Below are positions 46,554 through 55,465 of a DNA stretch of 64,000 bases, piece after piece. The position numbers and the translations under genes were made by a program. Each line of letters begins with the position of its first letter. Positions within the stretch are counted from its first letter, which is position 1. The stretch is taken from the NCBI GenBank assembly GCA_963803435.1, contig CAWDML010000001.1, positions 2,976,001 to 3,040,000 on the forward strand, in the 5' to 3' direction. Source of the DNA: an uncultured delta proteobacterium. Lineage in GTDB: Bacteria > Myxococcota > Kuafuiibacteriia > Kuafuiibacteriales > Kuafuiibacteriaceae. The notes under the pieces are model-generated. The model did no database searches, had not been told where the DNA came from, and was given only the letters and a program-made list of their open reading frames with translations.

Positions 46554-46964
46554 TCAGCGGGAGGCTCGACCCTTCTTCTCCCGCTCGAGCTGCTCCTTGT
46601 AGGAGACCGAGTAGCGGGTCCAGGGACGCGCATCGAGGCGCGCACGGCTGATCTGCTCGTCGGTCCCCTCACAGATGCCGAACGTGCCCTCGTCGAACTT
46701 GCGTAGCGAGTAGTCGATCTCGCGCAGGAGCTTCACCTCCTTGTCGAGGAGGCGCATGTTGAACGCCTCTTCGGTCGCGCGGTTCGCTTGATCCATCTCC
46801 TCGATCAGATCGTTCGCATCGTCGATCCGAGCGGTGCTGGCCCGCTCTCGGATTCGTGCGCCGACCTCGTCACGGAGCTCGAGAAGTCGCTTTTTATACT
46901 TGTCGAGCTCTTTCTTGCTGAGCGGCTTTTCTTTGTCGCCCTTTTTTCGCGGTGTCGTGACCAT
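46554..46964 (-). CDS. dksA: DksA/TraR-family RNA polymerase-binding factor (single Cys)
   Basis: AAGGA RBS; coiled-coil tip EEMDQA; LLREIDYSL..GTFGICEGT..I..ARL.ARPWTRYS. Confidence 0.85.
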   Translation of the reverse strand: MVTTPRKKGDKEKPLSKKELDKYKKRLLELRDEVGARIRERASTARIDDANDLIEEMDQANRATEEAFNMRLLDKEVKLLREIDYSLRKFDEGTFGICEGTDEQISRARLDARPWTRYSVSYKEQLEREKKGRASR

Positions 46965-47124
46965 CGGCATTCCTTTCGCCGGAAACTCCCCGTCATGTCG
47001 GGCTGTTGCCCCGGGGAGCGCGGATAGATACCAGAAAACCGCCCACCTTTCCACCCCGCCCGCCCCCTTTTGAGGGGCAGGCCGTCGTATTTACTCTGGA
47101 AACGGCCCTTCCGAAGGTGGCCGA

Positions 47125-50100
47125 GTGAGAGATGTGCCGATCGCCGTCGTCGGGCTGGCTTGCCGGTTCCCAGGTGCCAACGACGCGGACACTTATTGGG
47201 AAAACATCCTGAAGGACGTTTATTCCATCGCACCCCTTCCACCGGAGCGCTTCCACGAGGCGCGCTACTTCGATCCCGAGATCGGCGCGTACGGGAAGAG
47301 CTACTGCATGCTGGGCGGGCTTGTCGATCCACCCACCTTCGATCCCGCAGCGTTCCGCATGCCGCCCAAGGTCGTCGCGTCGACGGACGAGGCGCACCTG
47401 TGGGCGCTCGACGTGGCGCGCTGCACCTTCGAGGACGCCGGCTACGATCTCGCCGCGATCGAGGGCGCCAACATCGGCGTGGTGATCGGCCACGCCCGCG
47501 GCTCGATGCTGACTTCGGACATGGGCTTCGCCACCGCCGTCGAGGGCATGCTGCCGGCCCTCCGCGACGTTCCGGCCCTCCGGGAGCTCTCCCTCCCGGA
47601 GCTGGAGCGGCGCGTGGTCCGCGCCATCCACGACCGCTACCCGAAGCGTACCGAGGACGGTGGCACCGGCACCATGACCTCGGCCCTCGCCGGGCTGATC
47701 ACGAACACCTTCGGGCTCACCGGCCGTCACATGGTCGTGGACGCCGCCTGTGCTTCGAGCTTCGCGGCCCTCGACATCGGGATCTCCGGCCTCACCCAGG
47801 GCCGTCTCGACGCCGCCCTCGTGGGCGGCGCCAGCTACTCGCAGGAGATGTCCGTGGTGATGTTCGCGCAGTCGCGCGCGCTCTCGCCCGACGGCTCGTA
47901 CCCCTTCGATCAGCGCGCCAACGGTTTCATCAGCTCGGACGGCTTCGGCTTGGTTCTATTGAAGAGACTCGACGACGCGCTGGCGAACGGCGACCGGATC
48001 CGTGCGGTCATCCGCGGCGTCGCCGGGAGCTGTGACGGCAAGGGAAAGGCGCTGTGGGCGCCGCGCAAGGAGGGTCAGACGCTGGCGATGGCGCGGGCGT
48101 ACCGGATCGCGGGCGTGGACCCGGCGTCGATCGGGCTGATCGAGGGGCACGCCACCAGCACGCCGCTCGGCGATCGCACCGAGCTCGAGGCGCTGCACGA
48201 GTTCTTCCGGAGCAACGGGGGCCCGTCGGCGCCGCTCCCGATCGGCTCGGTGAAGGGCAACATCGGGCACGCGCGGGAGGCGGCCGGCGCGGCCGGCCTG
48301 ATCAAGGCGATCCTGGCCCTCGAGCACGCGACGCTCCCGCCCACCGGAAACTTCCGCACCGCCTCGAGCGAGATCCCGTGGCAGGACCTGGCGGTCGAGG
48401 TGATCACGGCCCCGCGTCCGTGGAAGTCGGACGGCGTCCGCCGCGCCGGCGTGGATGCGTTCGGGATCGGCGGGCTCAACTATCACGTGATCGTGGAGGA
48501 GGCGCCGCGAGCGCGCCCGCAGGTCCCGGTCACCGCAGCCGTCGAGCCGGCCCGGGCGGACATCGCGATCGTCGGCATCGGCGGCAAGTTCCCCCGCGCC
48601 AACACCGTGTCGCGCTTTTGGGAGAACCTGATCGACGCCCGGGATCTGGCCAGCCCGGTCCCGCCCGATCGCTGGGATCGCGCGATCTACTACGCGCCCG
48701 GCGATCGACAGCACTATCGGACCTACCTCGATCAGGGCGCGTTCATCACCGACTTCGAGCCGGACTGGCGCCGCTACAAGGTGCCGCCCAAGCTGATCGA
48801 GCGGAACGATCCGCTCCAGTTCATGATCCTGGAGTCGGCGCTCGACGCGTTTGCCGACGCCGGCATCGACGTCGAGCAGATCGATCGCGAGCGCGTCTCG
48901 GTGATCGTCGGCTCGGTCTTCGGCAGCGACTATGCGCTCGAGCTGTCGCTGGCGATCCGCGCGCTCGAGCTGGCCGAGACGGTGGTGACCGAGGCCGGCC
49001 GACAGGACGACACCGCCCTCTTCGATCAGGTCCTGGCGGCGCTGAGGAGCCGCTTTCCCTCCATCAACGAGGACTCGAGCGGCAGCTTCTCGTCGAGCAC
49101 GCTGGCCTCGCGGACCGCGAAGACGCTGGACCTGATGGGGCCCGCCTACGCGATCGACGCGGCCTGCGCCTCCTCGCTGGCCTCGCTGGAGGCCGGCTGC
49201 GAGCTGCTGAGGAACGGGACCGTCGATCTGGTCGCCTATGCCGGCGCCGATCGCGGGATGCGCGTCCAGCGTTACGAGGCCTACTGCCAGTTCTACGCGC
49301 TCACCAAGGGACAGCCGCGACCGTTCGATCGCAACGCCGACGGGTTCCTCCCCGGCGAGGGTGCGGCGGTCTGCATCCTGAAGCGACTCGAGGACGCGGA
49401 GCGCGACGGCGACCACGTCTATGCCGTGATCAAGGGGGTGGGCTCCTCCGGCAACGGGACCCGCGGCGGGCTGCACAAGCCGAGCGCCCTGGGCCTGTCC
49501 ACCGCGATGAGGCGGGCCGTGGCGCAGGCGCGCATCGATCGGGACGAGGTGCGGTTCATCGAGTGCCACGGCGGCGCCACGCCCCTCGGCGATCGGACCG
49601 AGGTCGAGTCGATCCGCGAGGCGTACGGCGAAGAGGCGCCGCGCCTGCTCGGCTCGGTGAAGAGCAACGTGGGGCACACGCAGGGCGCGGCCGGCGTGAT
49701 CGCGCTGGTGAAGACCGCGCTCGCGATCGACCGGGGCGAGGTACCGCCCACGCGCGGGTTCGAGGAGCCGCACCCCGATCATCGGTTCGGGGAGCAGCTC
49801 CGGGTGAATCAGGTGCGGGAGGCGCTGCAGCCGGGAAGGAGCGGGCTCCTGGCGGCCGGTGTGAGCAGCATGGGGCTCGCCGGCGTGAACTATCACGCGG
49901 TCCTCCAGTCCCACCCGCGGCTGACCGGGCGCGCCGAGAAGAGGAGCACGGTCTTCCGGATCTCGGATCTCAGCCGGCAAGCGCTCCAGGCGCGGCTGGC
50001 GGCCACCGACCCCCACGCGCTGCACGCCGAGGAGCGGATCGGCGAGGGCGCGCACGTGGTGAGCGTGGCAGCGCTCGACGAGCGCGATCTGGAGAGCGCG

Positions 50101-53100
50101 CTCTCGACCCTGGCGAAGGCGGGTCTCGCGGAGGGCGCCGACGAGTTCCGGCGGAAGCAAGGCATCTTCTACTTCGAGGGCCGGCCGCGGGGCGCGACCT
50201 CGATCTGCTTCGCGTTCTCCGGCCAGGGATCGCAGTACGCCGGGATGATGAAGGCGTTCGCGGAGACGCTCCCGCCGGTGAAGCGGATCGTGGATCGCTT
50301 CGACGTGTGGCTCACCGAGAACGGGCGCGCGCCGCTCTCGAAGATCCTCTTCTCGGGCGAGCCGATCCCGAGCGACGTCTTCCTGGTCCAGGCCGCCGTG
50401 CTGGCGGGCGATCTGATGGCGTTCGAGGCCCTGCGATCGATCGGCCTGTCGCCGGCGTTCGTCACCGGCCACTCCTTCGGCGACTACGCGGCGCTGGTGG
50501 CGGCCGGCTGCTGGTCGCTCGAGGACGCGCTCAGGGCCACGGATCTGCGGGCGCGCGCGATCGAGGCCAGCGCCGAGCCGGGGGGCATGACGAGCGTGAC
50601 CGCGTCGAAGCAACAGGTAGGTCCGGTCCTACGGGACGCCGGCGAGGCCGGCTACGTGGCGGCGGCCAACGTCAACGCGCCCGACCAGGTGGTGATCGCC
50701 GGGACCATCGCCGCGCTGGAGCGGGCGGAGGCGGCGTTTGCCAAGCAGCGGATCGAGACCCAGCGGCTCCCGATCCCGCGGGCGTTCCACTCGGCGCTCA
50801 TGGAGGGCGCCAAGGCGACGCTGGCCGCCGGGCTGAAGACGATCGCGATCGGCGCGCCGAAGGTGCGGTACCTCTCGAGCATCACCGGTCGCTTCGAGGA
50901 CGACCCGGAGCAGATCCGCCGGGCGCTGATCGATCAGCTGACCCTGCCGGTCGACTTCGTCGCGCAGGTGAAGACGCTGGCGGCAGAGGGCGCGACCGTG
51001 TTCGTCGAATGCGGTCCACGGGGCGTGCTGACCGGGCTGGTCAAGCGGATCGCGCCGGAGCTCGACGCGCTCTCCACGGACGATGCGAACCGGCCGGGAC
51101 GGTGGAGCCTGGCCCGGGTGGAGGCGCTGCTCGACGCCCGGGCGGCGGCGCTGGCGGCCGAGGCGCCGGCCGAGACGTCCCTCGCTCCGGCCGGGCCCGC
51201 GCTGGCGCTGTTCGAGGGCGAGCTTGCCGAGGCGCTGCTCGCGCGCGAAGGCTTCCGAGGCTTCTGGGAGCGGACCCGGCCCAGCATCGCGAACATGGTG
51301 CAGAGCCTGTTCGACGCCGAGCACCCCGCGCCCGAGGAGGTGGTCCTCGAGGCGCCCACGGCGGTGCCGGCCACCGCGACCGCGACGAACGTGGCCTCGC
51401 GCGCCGACGTGGAGGCCTTCGTCCTGAAGGCGCTCTGCGAGCAGTCCGGCTACCCGCCGGAGATCATCACGCTCGACGCGGACCTCGAGGCCGACCTCGG
51501 GATCGACACGGTCAAGCAGGCCCAGGTGCTCGGCAAGGTGCGCGATCAGTTCGATCTCCGCACCGACGAGAAGCTCTCTCTGCGCGACTTCCCCACGCTG
51601 CGCCACGTGCTGGAGTATGTCGACGGCCAGCTCCAGGTGGTGCGAACCACTGCGCCGCGGCGCTCGCTGGTGCCGATCGTCGACGTCACGGAGCGCCGGA
51701 CCCAGCGTCCCGAGCCCGCGCCACCGGCGCCCGATCGTGCCGCGCCGGCGCCCACGGCGGCCCCGGCGCCGAGGCAAGCCAGCTTGCGGATCGAGATCCC
51801 GGCCCCGCGGATCCGGCTCCCGAAGGACACGGCGCGTCCGGTGACCGTCCTCCATCTGCACGGGACCTCCCGGGAGATCGGCCGGCAGCACGGCGACGCC
51901 CTCCGCGATCCCATCCTGGAGGTCATGCACGAGTACCTCTCGTTCGTCGGCGACCAGGGGATCGATCTGCTGACGCACCCCGATACGCTGCCGCGGCTGC
52001 ACGGGCTGTTCGATGCGCCCAGCATCGAGGAGATCGAGGGCGTCGCGGAGGCGATCGGCGTGCCCTACGTCTATCTCCTCGCGTACAACCTCGACGCAGC
52101 GCTCTTCCCGGTCTTCGCGGGTGGCTGCACTCAATCCGTCCGTATGGCGAAGGACAACGGCGGCTCGATGATCCACCTGGTCAACGAGGACTCGCCGTTG
52201 TTGCTCCATCTGGGCGGAGTCCACCCGCGCGTGGTGCAGATCCGCCGGCGCACGGACGGACCCCAGCCAGAGCGGCGCACCGTCTTCTTCTCGCTGTCGG
52301 GACAGATCGTCGGGCCGAACGCGGTCAGCGACACGGGTCTCACCGTCACCAGCACCACGCTGCTCGACGGTCGCGATCCGGAGCAGCTCCCCGAAGGCCT
52401 CCCCCACCCGCAGATCGTCAAGCGGATCGCCGAGGAGGCGCGCTCGCTGGACGAGGCCATGCAGATCGCCCGGGATGCGCGGCGCGCAGGCCGCTGGAGC
52501 CTCCTGGTCTCCGACATGCGGGCGGATCGCGCGTGCTATCTCGAGTACGACGCGGAGCGGATCCTGACCGACGAGGAGATCGAGCGGACCGTGGTGACCA
52601 CGAACCATTCGATCTGCGAGCCGGCCGCCGGCTGCAGCGTTCCCGAGCACAGCGCCCATCGCGAGGCCCGCGCGCGGACGCTCCTCTCCGAGGCGTCCGT
52701 CCTCACCGTCGAGCGGGCGCAAGCCATCCTGCGCGATCGGCACGACGCGGGCCGAGGTCGCGAGGTGCCGCATCCGACGATGAACACGGTCCGCCGCGTC
52801 GACAACGTCATGAGCCTGGTGGTCGATCCGTCGGCCGGAGAGCTGTGGGTGACCGATCGCGTCCAGGGCGCCGGCACCGGCGAGTCCGACGCGGCCTCCT
52901 TCATGAAGATCGCGTACGCGCCGCGCCGGGAGGAGCGCAGCTGGAACCCGCCGGCGGGCGAGGTGCCGGAGATCCGGACGCGGAGCGTCGCGCCCAGGTC
53001 CGAGCTGATGGCGCGGACCGAGCCGGTGGCCCGCTTCACCTCCAGCGGCGCCGGGCTGGCGGGGCTCGAAGAGGTGATGCGCCGCTACGTGATCCGAGCC

Positions 53101-55440
53101 GTGGCGGAAGAGGCACCCGCGCCGCGGGAGAAGTGGCGGCCGCGCCGGTGTCTGATCGCCGGGGACGGTCCGTTCGCCGCGGCGATCGCGAGCGCGATCG
53201 GCGCCCGGGGGGTCGAGGTGCGCGTCGAGCCCAACTGTCAGGGTGCGCTTCGGGTGCTGGAGGGCTTCCGGCCGGACGCCCTCGGGATCGTGCTCGCGCC
53301 GTCCGAGACGCCGGCGTGGGAGCTCAATGTCGCCGCCTGGCGGGAGCGCCGGGAGTCGGCGGTGTCCTCTCCGTTCCGCCTCCTCCGTGCGTTTCGCGGG
53401 CGGGGCAGCGTGTTCGGCGTGACGTTCCTCGGCGGAGCGCTCGGGTTCGAGAACACCGCCCAGTGCGCCGGCGAGCAGGGCGCCCTCCTCGGGCTGCTCA
53501 AGGCGGTGCGGCGCGAGCTGGGCGTCCAGGTGCAGGCGCTCGACCTGTCGCCCTCGGAGACGCCCGAGGTGGCGGCCGACGTGCTGCTCGGCGAGCTCGA
53601 CGCGGGCTCGCCGCGGCTCGAAGTCGGTCTCCTGCGGAAGAAGCGGATGCGACTGGTGCTGGCCGAACGCCCTGCTGGCCCGGGGGACGGCCCGCCGCTG
53701 CCGCGGAGATGGCTGGTGACCGGAGGCGCCCGCGGGATCACCGCGAAGATGTGCATTCGTCTGGCCGAGCTGTGTCAACCCGACTTGCATCTGGTGGGTC
53801 GCCACCGGCTGCCGCCGTCGCGGGAGCTGGCGCAACTACGCGCGCTCGACGCGGCCGGCCTGGCCGCCGAGAAGCAGGCGCTGCTCGAGCGCATGAAGAG
53901 CGCCGGTCCCTCGTTCACTCCGCTCGCCTGGAAGAACGCGTGCGAGGCGATCGACAAGTCGCTGGAGATCGACGCGAACCTCGAGGCCATGCGGGCGGCC
54001 GGGAGCGAGGTCCACTACCACGTCGCGGACGTCGCCGATCGCGAGGCGATGCGCGCGCTGCTGGCAGCGGCGGGCCCGCTCGAGGGCTTGCTCCACGGCG
54101 CCGGGGTCGAGGTCGCCAAGCCGCTCGACAAGAAGACCGACGGGCTGTTCGAGCAGACCGTCTCTCCCAAGATCGACGGCCTGGTGAACCTGCTCGCGCT
54201 CACCCGCGAGCGGCCGTTCTCGCGGATCGTCGCGTTCGGATCGGTGTCGGGTCGCTTCGGCGGGCACGGTCAGGCCGACTACTCGCTGGCCAACGAGGGG
54301 CTGTCGCGGCTCCTCCAGCAGGCCCGGCGGGTGATCGGCGGCCAGGTCACCGTGATCGATTGGGCCGCCTTCAGCGAGGTGGGCCTGGCGGCGCGATCGT
54401 CCGCGAAGACGTTCCTCGAGCGCTCGGGGCAGGCGTTCATGACGCCGGCCGAGGGCGCGAACCACCTCGTGCGCGAGCTGTGGTCGGACGGGCGCGAGGG
54501 CGAGGTCGTGATCTCGGAGCGCATGGAGGCGCTCGATCTCGATCGGTTGATGATCCCGGAGCCCGAGCGGCTGGGTTGGCTGTCGGCGGCCTCGAGCTGC
54601 GCGGCCTCGCCGATGTTGCAGACGCTGATCCTCGACGGCGAGCGGACGGTGGCGGAGCGAACTCTCTCGGCGAGCGAGCCGTTCCTCGATCAGCATCGAA
54701 TGGGCGCGACGCCGATCCTGCCGGCGGTGATCGGGCTGGAGCTGATGGCGGAGTTGGCTGCGCTGCGGGCCCCCGCCTCGAGCCTGGCCGAGGTGCGGAT
54801 CGAGCAGCCGCTCAAGGTGCCCGAAGGCGCGCGGGTGGTGGTGCGCGTGGAGCGCTCCGGTGACGCGGTGAGGGTGGTGTCGACGCCGGTGCGTCCCGAC
54901 GGCGTGGTGCTCGAGCCGGACCGCGTCTTCGTGCGCGGGCGGCTGGTGCCGGCGGCTCCGCCGGTGGCGAAGGAGCGGGGCCGTCCCTCCGAGCTGCTCC
55001 CCTATCCGTATCCGAGCGCCATCGACCGGACGCCGGGATCGCGCGCGATCTTCCACGGCCCGGTGTTCCGATGTCTCCAGGGCGTCGCCGCGGTCGAGGG
55101 CGGCGGGATCGGCCGCCTGCTGGTGCCGTCGCCGACCTCGCTGGTCCCGGGCTCGCGGGTCGAGCGCTGGCGGATCCCGGCGGCGCTGCTCGATGGCTGC
55201 CTGCAGGCGGTCGGGTTGCTCGGGCGTCTCGCCTACTCGGCGATCGCGCTCCCGGCCGGCTTCGGGCGCGTCGACGTGGCGCCCCGCGCGCTGGAGGCGG
55301 CCGGCGAGGAGGTCCAGCTGGTGATCGAGTTCCGCGAGGTGACCCGCGAGGTCCTGGTGGCCGACTTCTCGGTCATGGCCGCCGACGGGCCCCTGCTGTC
55401 GGTGACGGGCTACCGCGCGCAGGTGGTGCCAGATACGTGA
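47125..55440 (+). CDS. Type I (PfaA/HglE-like) polyketide synthase KS-KS-AT-ACP-C45-KR-DH
   Basis: KS1 DAACASS/EGHATST/GNIGH; KS2 DAACASS/ECHGGAT/SNVGH; AT GQGSQ/GHSFG/AFHS; ACP DLGIDT; C45-like LHGT.REIGRQHG..GGCT..TNH; KR VTGGARGIT/GQADYSLAN; DH HRMGATPILP/LDGCLQ. Confidence 0.93.
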   Translation: MRDVPIAVVGLACRFPGANDADTYWENILKDVYSIAPLPPERFHEARYFDPEIGAYGKSYCMLGGLVDPPTFDPAAFRMPPKVVASTDEAHLWALDVARCTFEDAGYDLAAIEGANIGVVIGHARGSMLTSDMGFATAVEGMLPALRDVPALRELSLPELERRVVRAIHDRYPKRTEDGGTGTMTSALAGLITNTFGLTGRHMVVDAACASSFAALDIGISGLTQGRLDAALVGGASYSQEMSVVMFAQSRALSPDGSYPFDQRANGFISSDGFGLVLLKRLDDALANGDRIRAVIRGVAGSCDGKGKALWAPRKEGQTLAMARAYRIAGVDPASIGLIEGHATSTPLGDRTELEALHEFFRSNGGPSAPLPIGSVKGNIGHAREAAGAAGLIKAILALEHATLPPTGNFRTASSEIPWQDLAVEVITAPRPWKSDGVRRAGVDAFGIGGLNYHVIVEEAPRARPQVPVTAAVEPARADIAIVGIGGKFPRANTVSRFWENLIDARDLASPVPPDRWDRAIYYAPGDRQHYRTYLDQGAFITDFEPDWRRYKVPPKLIERNDPLQFMILESALDAFADAGIDVEQIDRERVSVIVGSVFGSDYALELSLAIRALELAETVVTEAGRQDDTALFDQVLAALRSRFPSINEDSSGSFSSSTLASRTAKTLDLMGPAYAIDAACASSLASLEAGCELLRNGTVDLVAYAGADRGMRVQRYEAYCQFYALTKGQPRPFDRNADGFLPGEGAAVCILKRLEDAERDGDHVYAVIKGVGSSGNGTRGGLHKPSALGLSTAMRRAVAQARIDRDEVRFIECHGGATPLGDRTEVESIREAYGEEAPRLLGSVKSNVGHTQGAAGVIALVKTALAIDRGEVPPTRGFEEPHPDHRFGEQLRVNQVREALQPGRSGLLAAGVSSMGLAGVNYHAVLQSHPRLTGRAEKRSTVFRISDLSRQALQARLAATDPHALHAEERIGEGAHVVSVAALDERDLESALSTLAKAGLAEGADEFRRKQGIFYFEGRPRGATSICFAFSGQGSQYAGMMKAFAETLPPVKRIVDRFDVWLTENGRAPLSKILFSGEPIPSDVFLVQAAVLAGDLMAFEALRSIGLSPAFVTGHSFGDYAALVAAGCWSLEDALRATDLRARAIEASAEPGGMTSVTASKQQVGPVLRDAGEAGYVAAANVNAPDQVVIAGTIAALERAEAAFAKQRIETQRLPIPRAFHSALMEGAKATLAAGLKTIAIGAPKVRYLSSITGRFEDDPEQIRRALIDQLTLPVDFVAQVKTLAAEGATVFVECGPRGVLTGLVKRIAPELDALSTDDANRPGRWSLARVEALLDARAAALAAEAPAETSLAPAGPALALFEGELAEALLAREGFRGFWERTRPSIANMVQSLFDAEHPAPEEVVLEAPTAVPATATATNVASRADVEAFVLKALCEQSGYPPEIITLDADLEADLGIDTVKQAQVLGKVRDQFDLRTDEKLSLRDFPTLRHVLEYVDGQLQVVRTTAPRRSLVPIVDVTERRTQRPEPAPPAPDRAAPAPTAAPAPRQASLRIEIPAPRIRLPKDTARPVTVLHLHGTSREIGRQHGDALRDPILEVMHEYLSFVGDQGIDLLTHPDTLPRLHGLFDAPSIEEIEGVAEAIGVPYVYLLAYNLDAALFPVFAGGCTQSVRMAKDNGGSMIHLVNEDSPLLLHLGGVHPRVVQIRRRTDGPQPERRTVFFSLSGQIVGPNAVSDTGLTVTSTTLLDGRDPEQLPEGLPHPQIVKRIAEEARSLDEAMQIARDARRAGRWSLLVSDMRADRACYLEYDAERILTDEEIERTVVTTNHSICEPAAGCSVPEHSAHREARARTLLSEASVLTVERAQAILRDRHDAGRGREVPHPTMNTVRRVDNVMSLVVDPSAGELWVTDRVQGAGTGESDAASFMKIAYAPRREERSWNPPAGEVPEIRTRSVAPRSELMARTEPVARFTSSGAGLAGLEEVMRRYVIRAVAEEAPAPREKWRPRRCLIAGDGPFAAAIASAIGARGVEVRVEPNCQGALRVLEGFRPDALGIVLAPSETPAWELNVAAWRERRESAVSSPFRLLRAFRGRGSVFGVTFLGGALGFENTAQCAGEQGALLGLLKAVRRELGVQVQALDLSPSETPEVAADVLLGELDAGSPRLEVGLLRKKRMRLVLAERPAGPGDGPPLPRRWLVTGGARGITAKMCIRLAELCQPDLHLVGRHRLPPSRELAQLRALDAAGLAAEKQALLERMKSAGPSFTPLAWKNACEAIDKSLEIDANLEAMRAAGSEVHYHVADVADREAMRALLAAAGPLEGLLHGAGVEVAKPLDKKTDGLFEQTVSPKIDGLVNLLALTRERPFSRIVAFGSVSGRFGGHGQADYSLANEGLSRLLQQARRVIGGQVTVIDWAAFSEVGLAARSSAKTFLERSGQAFMTPAEGANHLVRELWSDGREGEVVISERMEALDLDRLMIPEPERLGWLSAASSCAASPMLQTLILDGERTVAERTLSASEPFLDQHRMGATPILPAVIGLELMAELAALRAPASSLAEVRIEQPLKVPEGARVVVRVERSGDAVRVVSTPVRPDGVVLEPDRVFVRGRLVPAAPPVAKERGRPSELLPYPYPSAIDRTPGSRAIFHGPVFRCLQGVAAVEGGGIGRLLVPSPTSLVPGSRVERWRIPAALLDGCLQAVGLLGRLAYSAIALPAGFGRVDVAPRALEAAGEEVQLVIEFREVTREVLVADFSVMAADGPLLSVTGYRAQVVPDT

Positions 55441-55465
55441 GCCGGGGCCCGCTCGGGCCCAGGCG

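Noticed and set aside
46971-47124. Sigma-54 promoter for the PKS
   Set aside because: TGGAAACGGCCCTTCC lacks the GC at -12.
48054-54863. 2269-aa alternative-frame ORF within the PKS, and other long shadow ORFs (41795..46150, 27939..31358, 50629..53835, 2631..4565)
   Set aside because: Arg/Gly/Pro-rich or antisense translations expected from stop-codon scarcity in high-GC coding DNA; no motifs.
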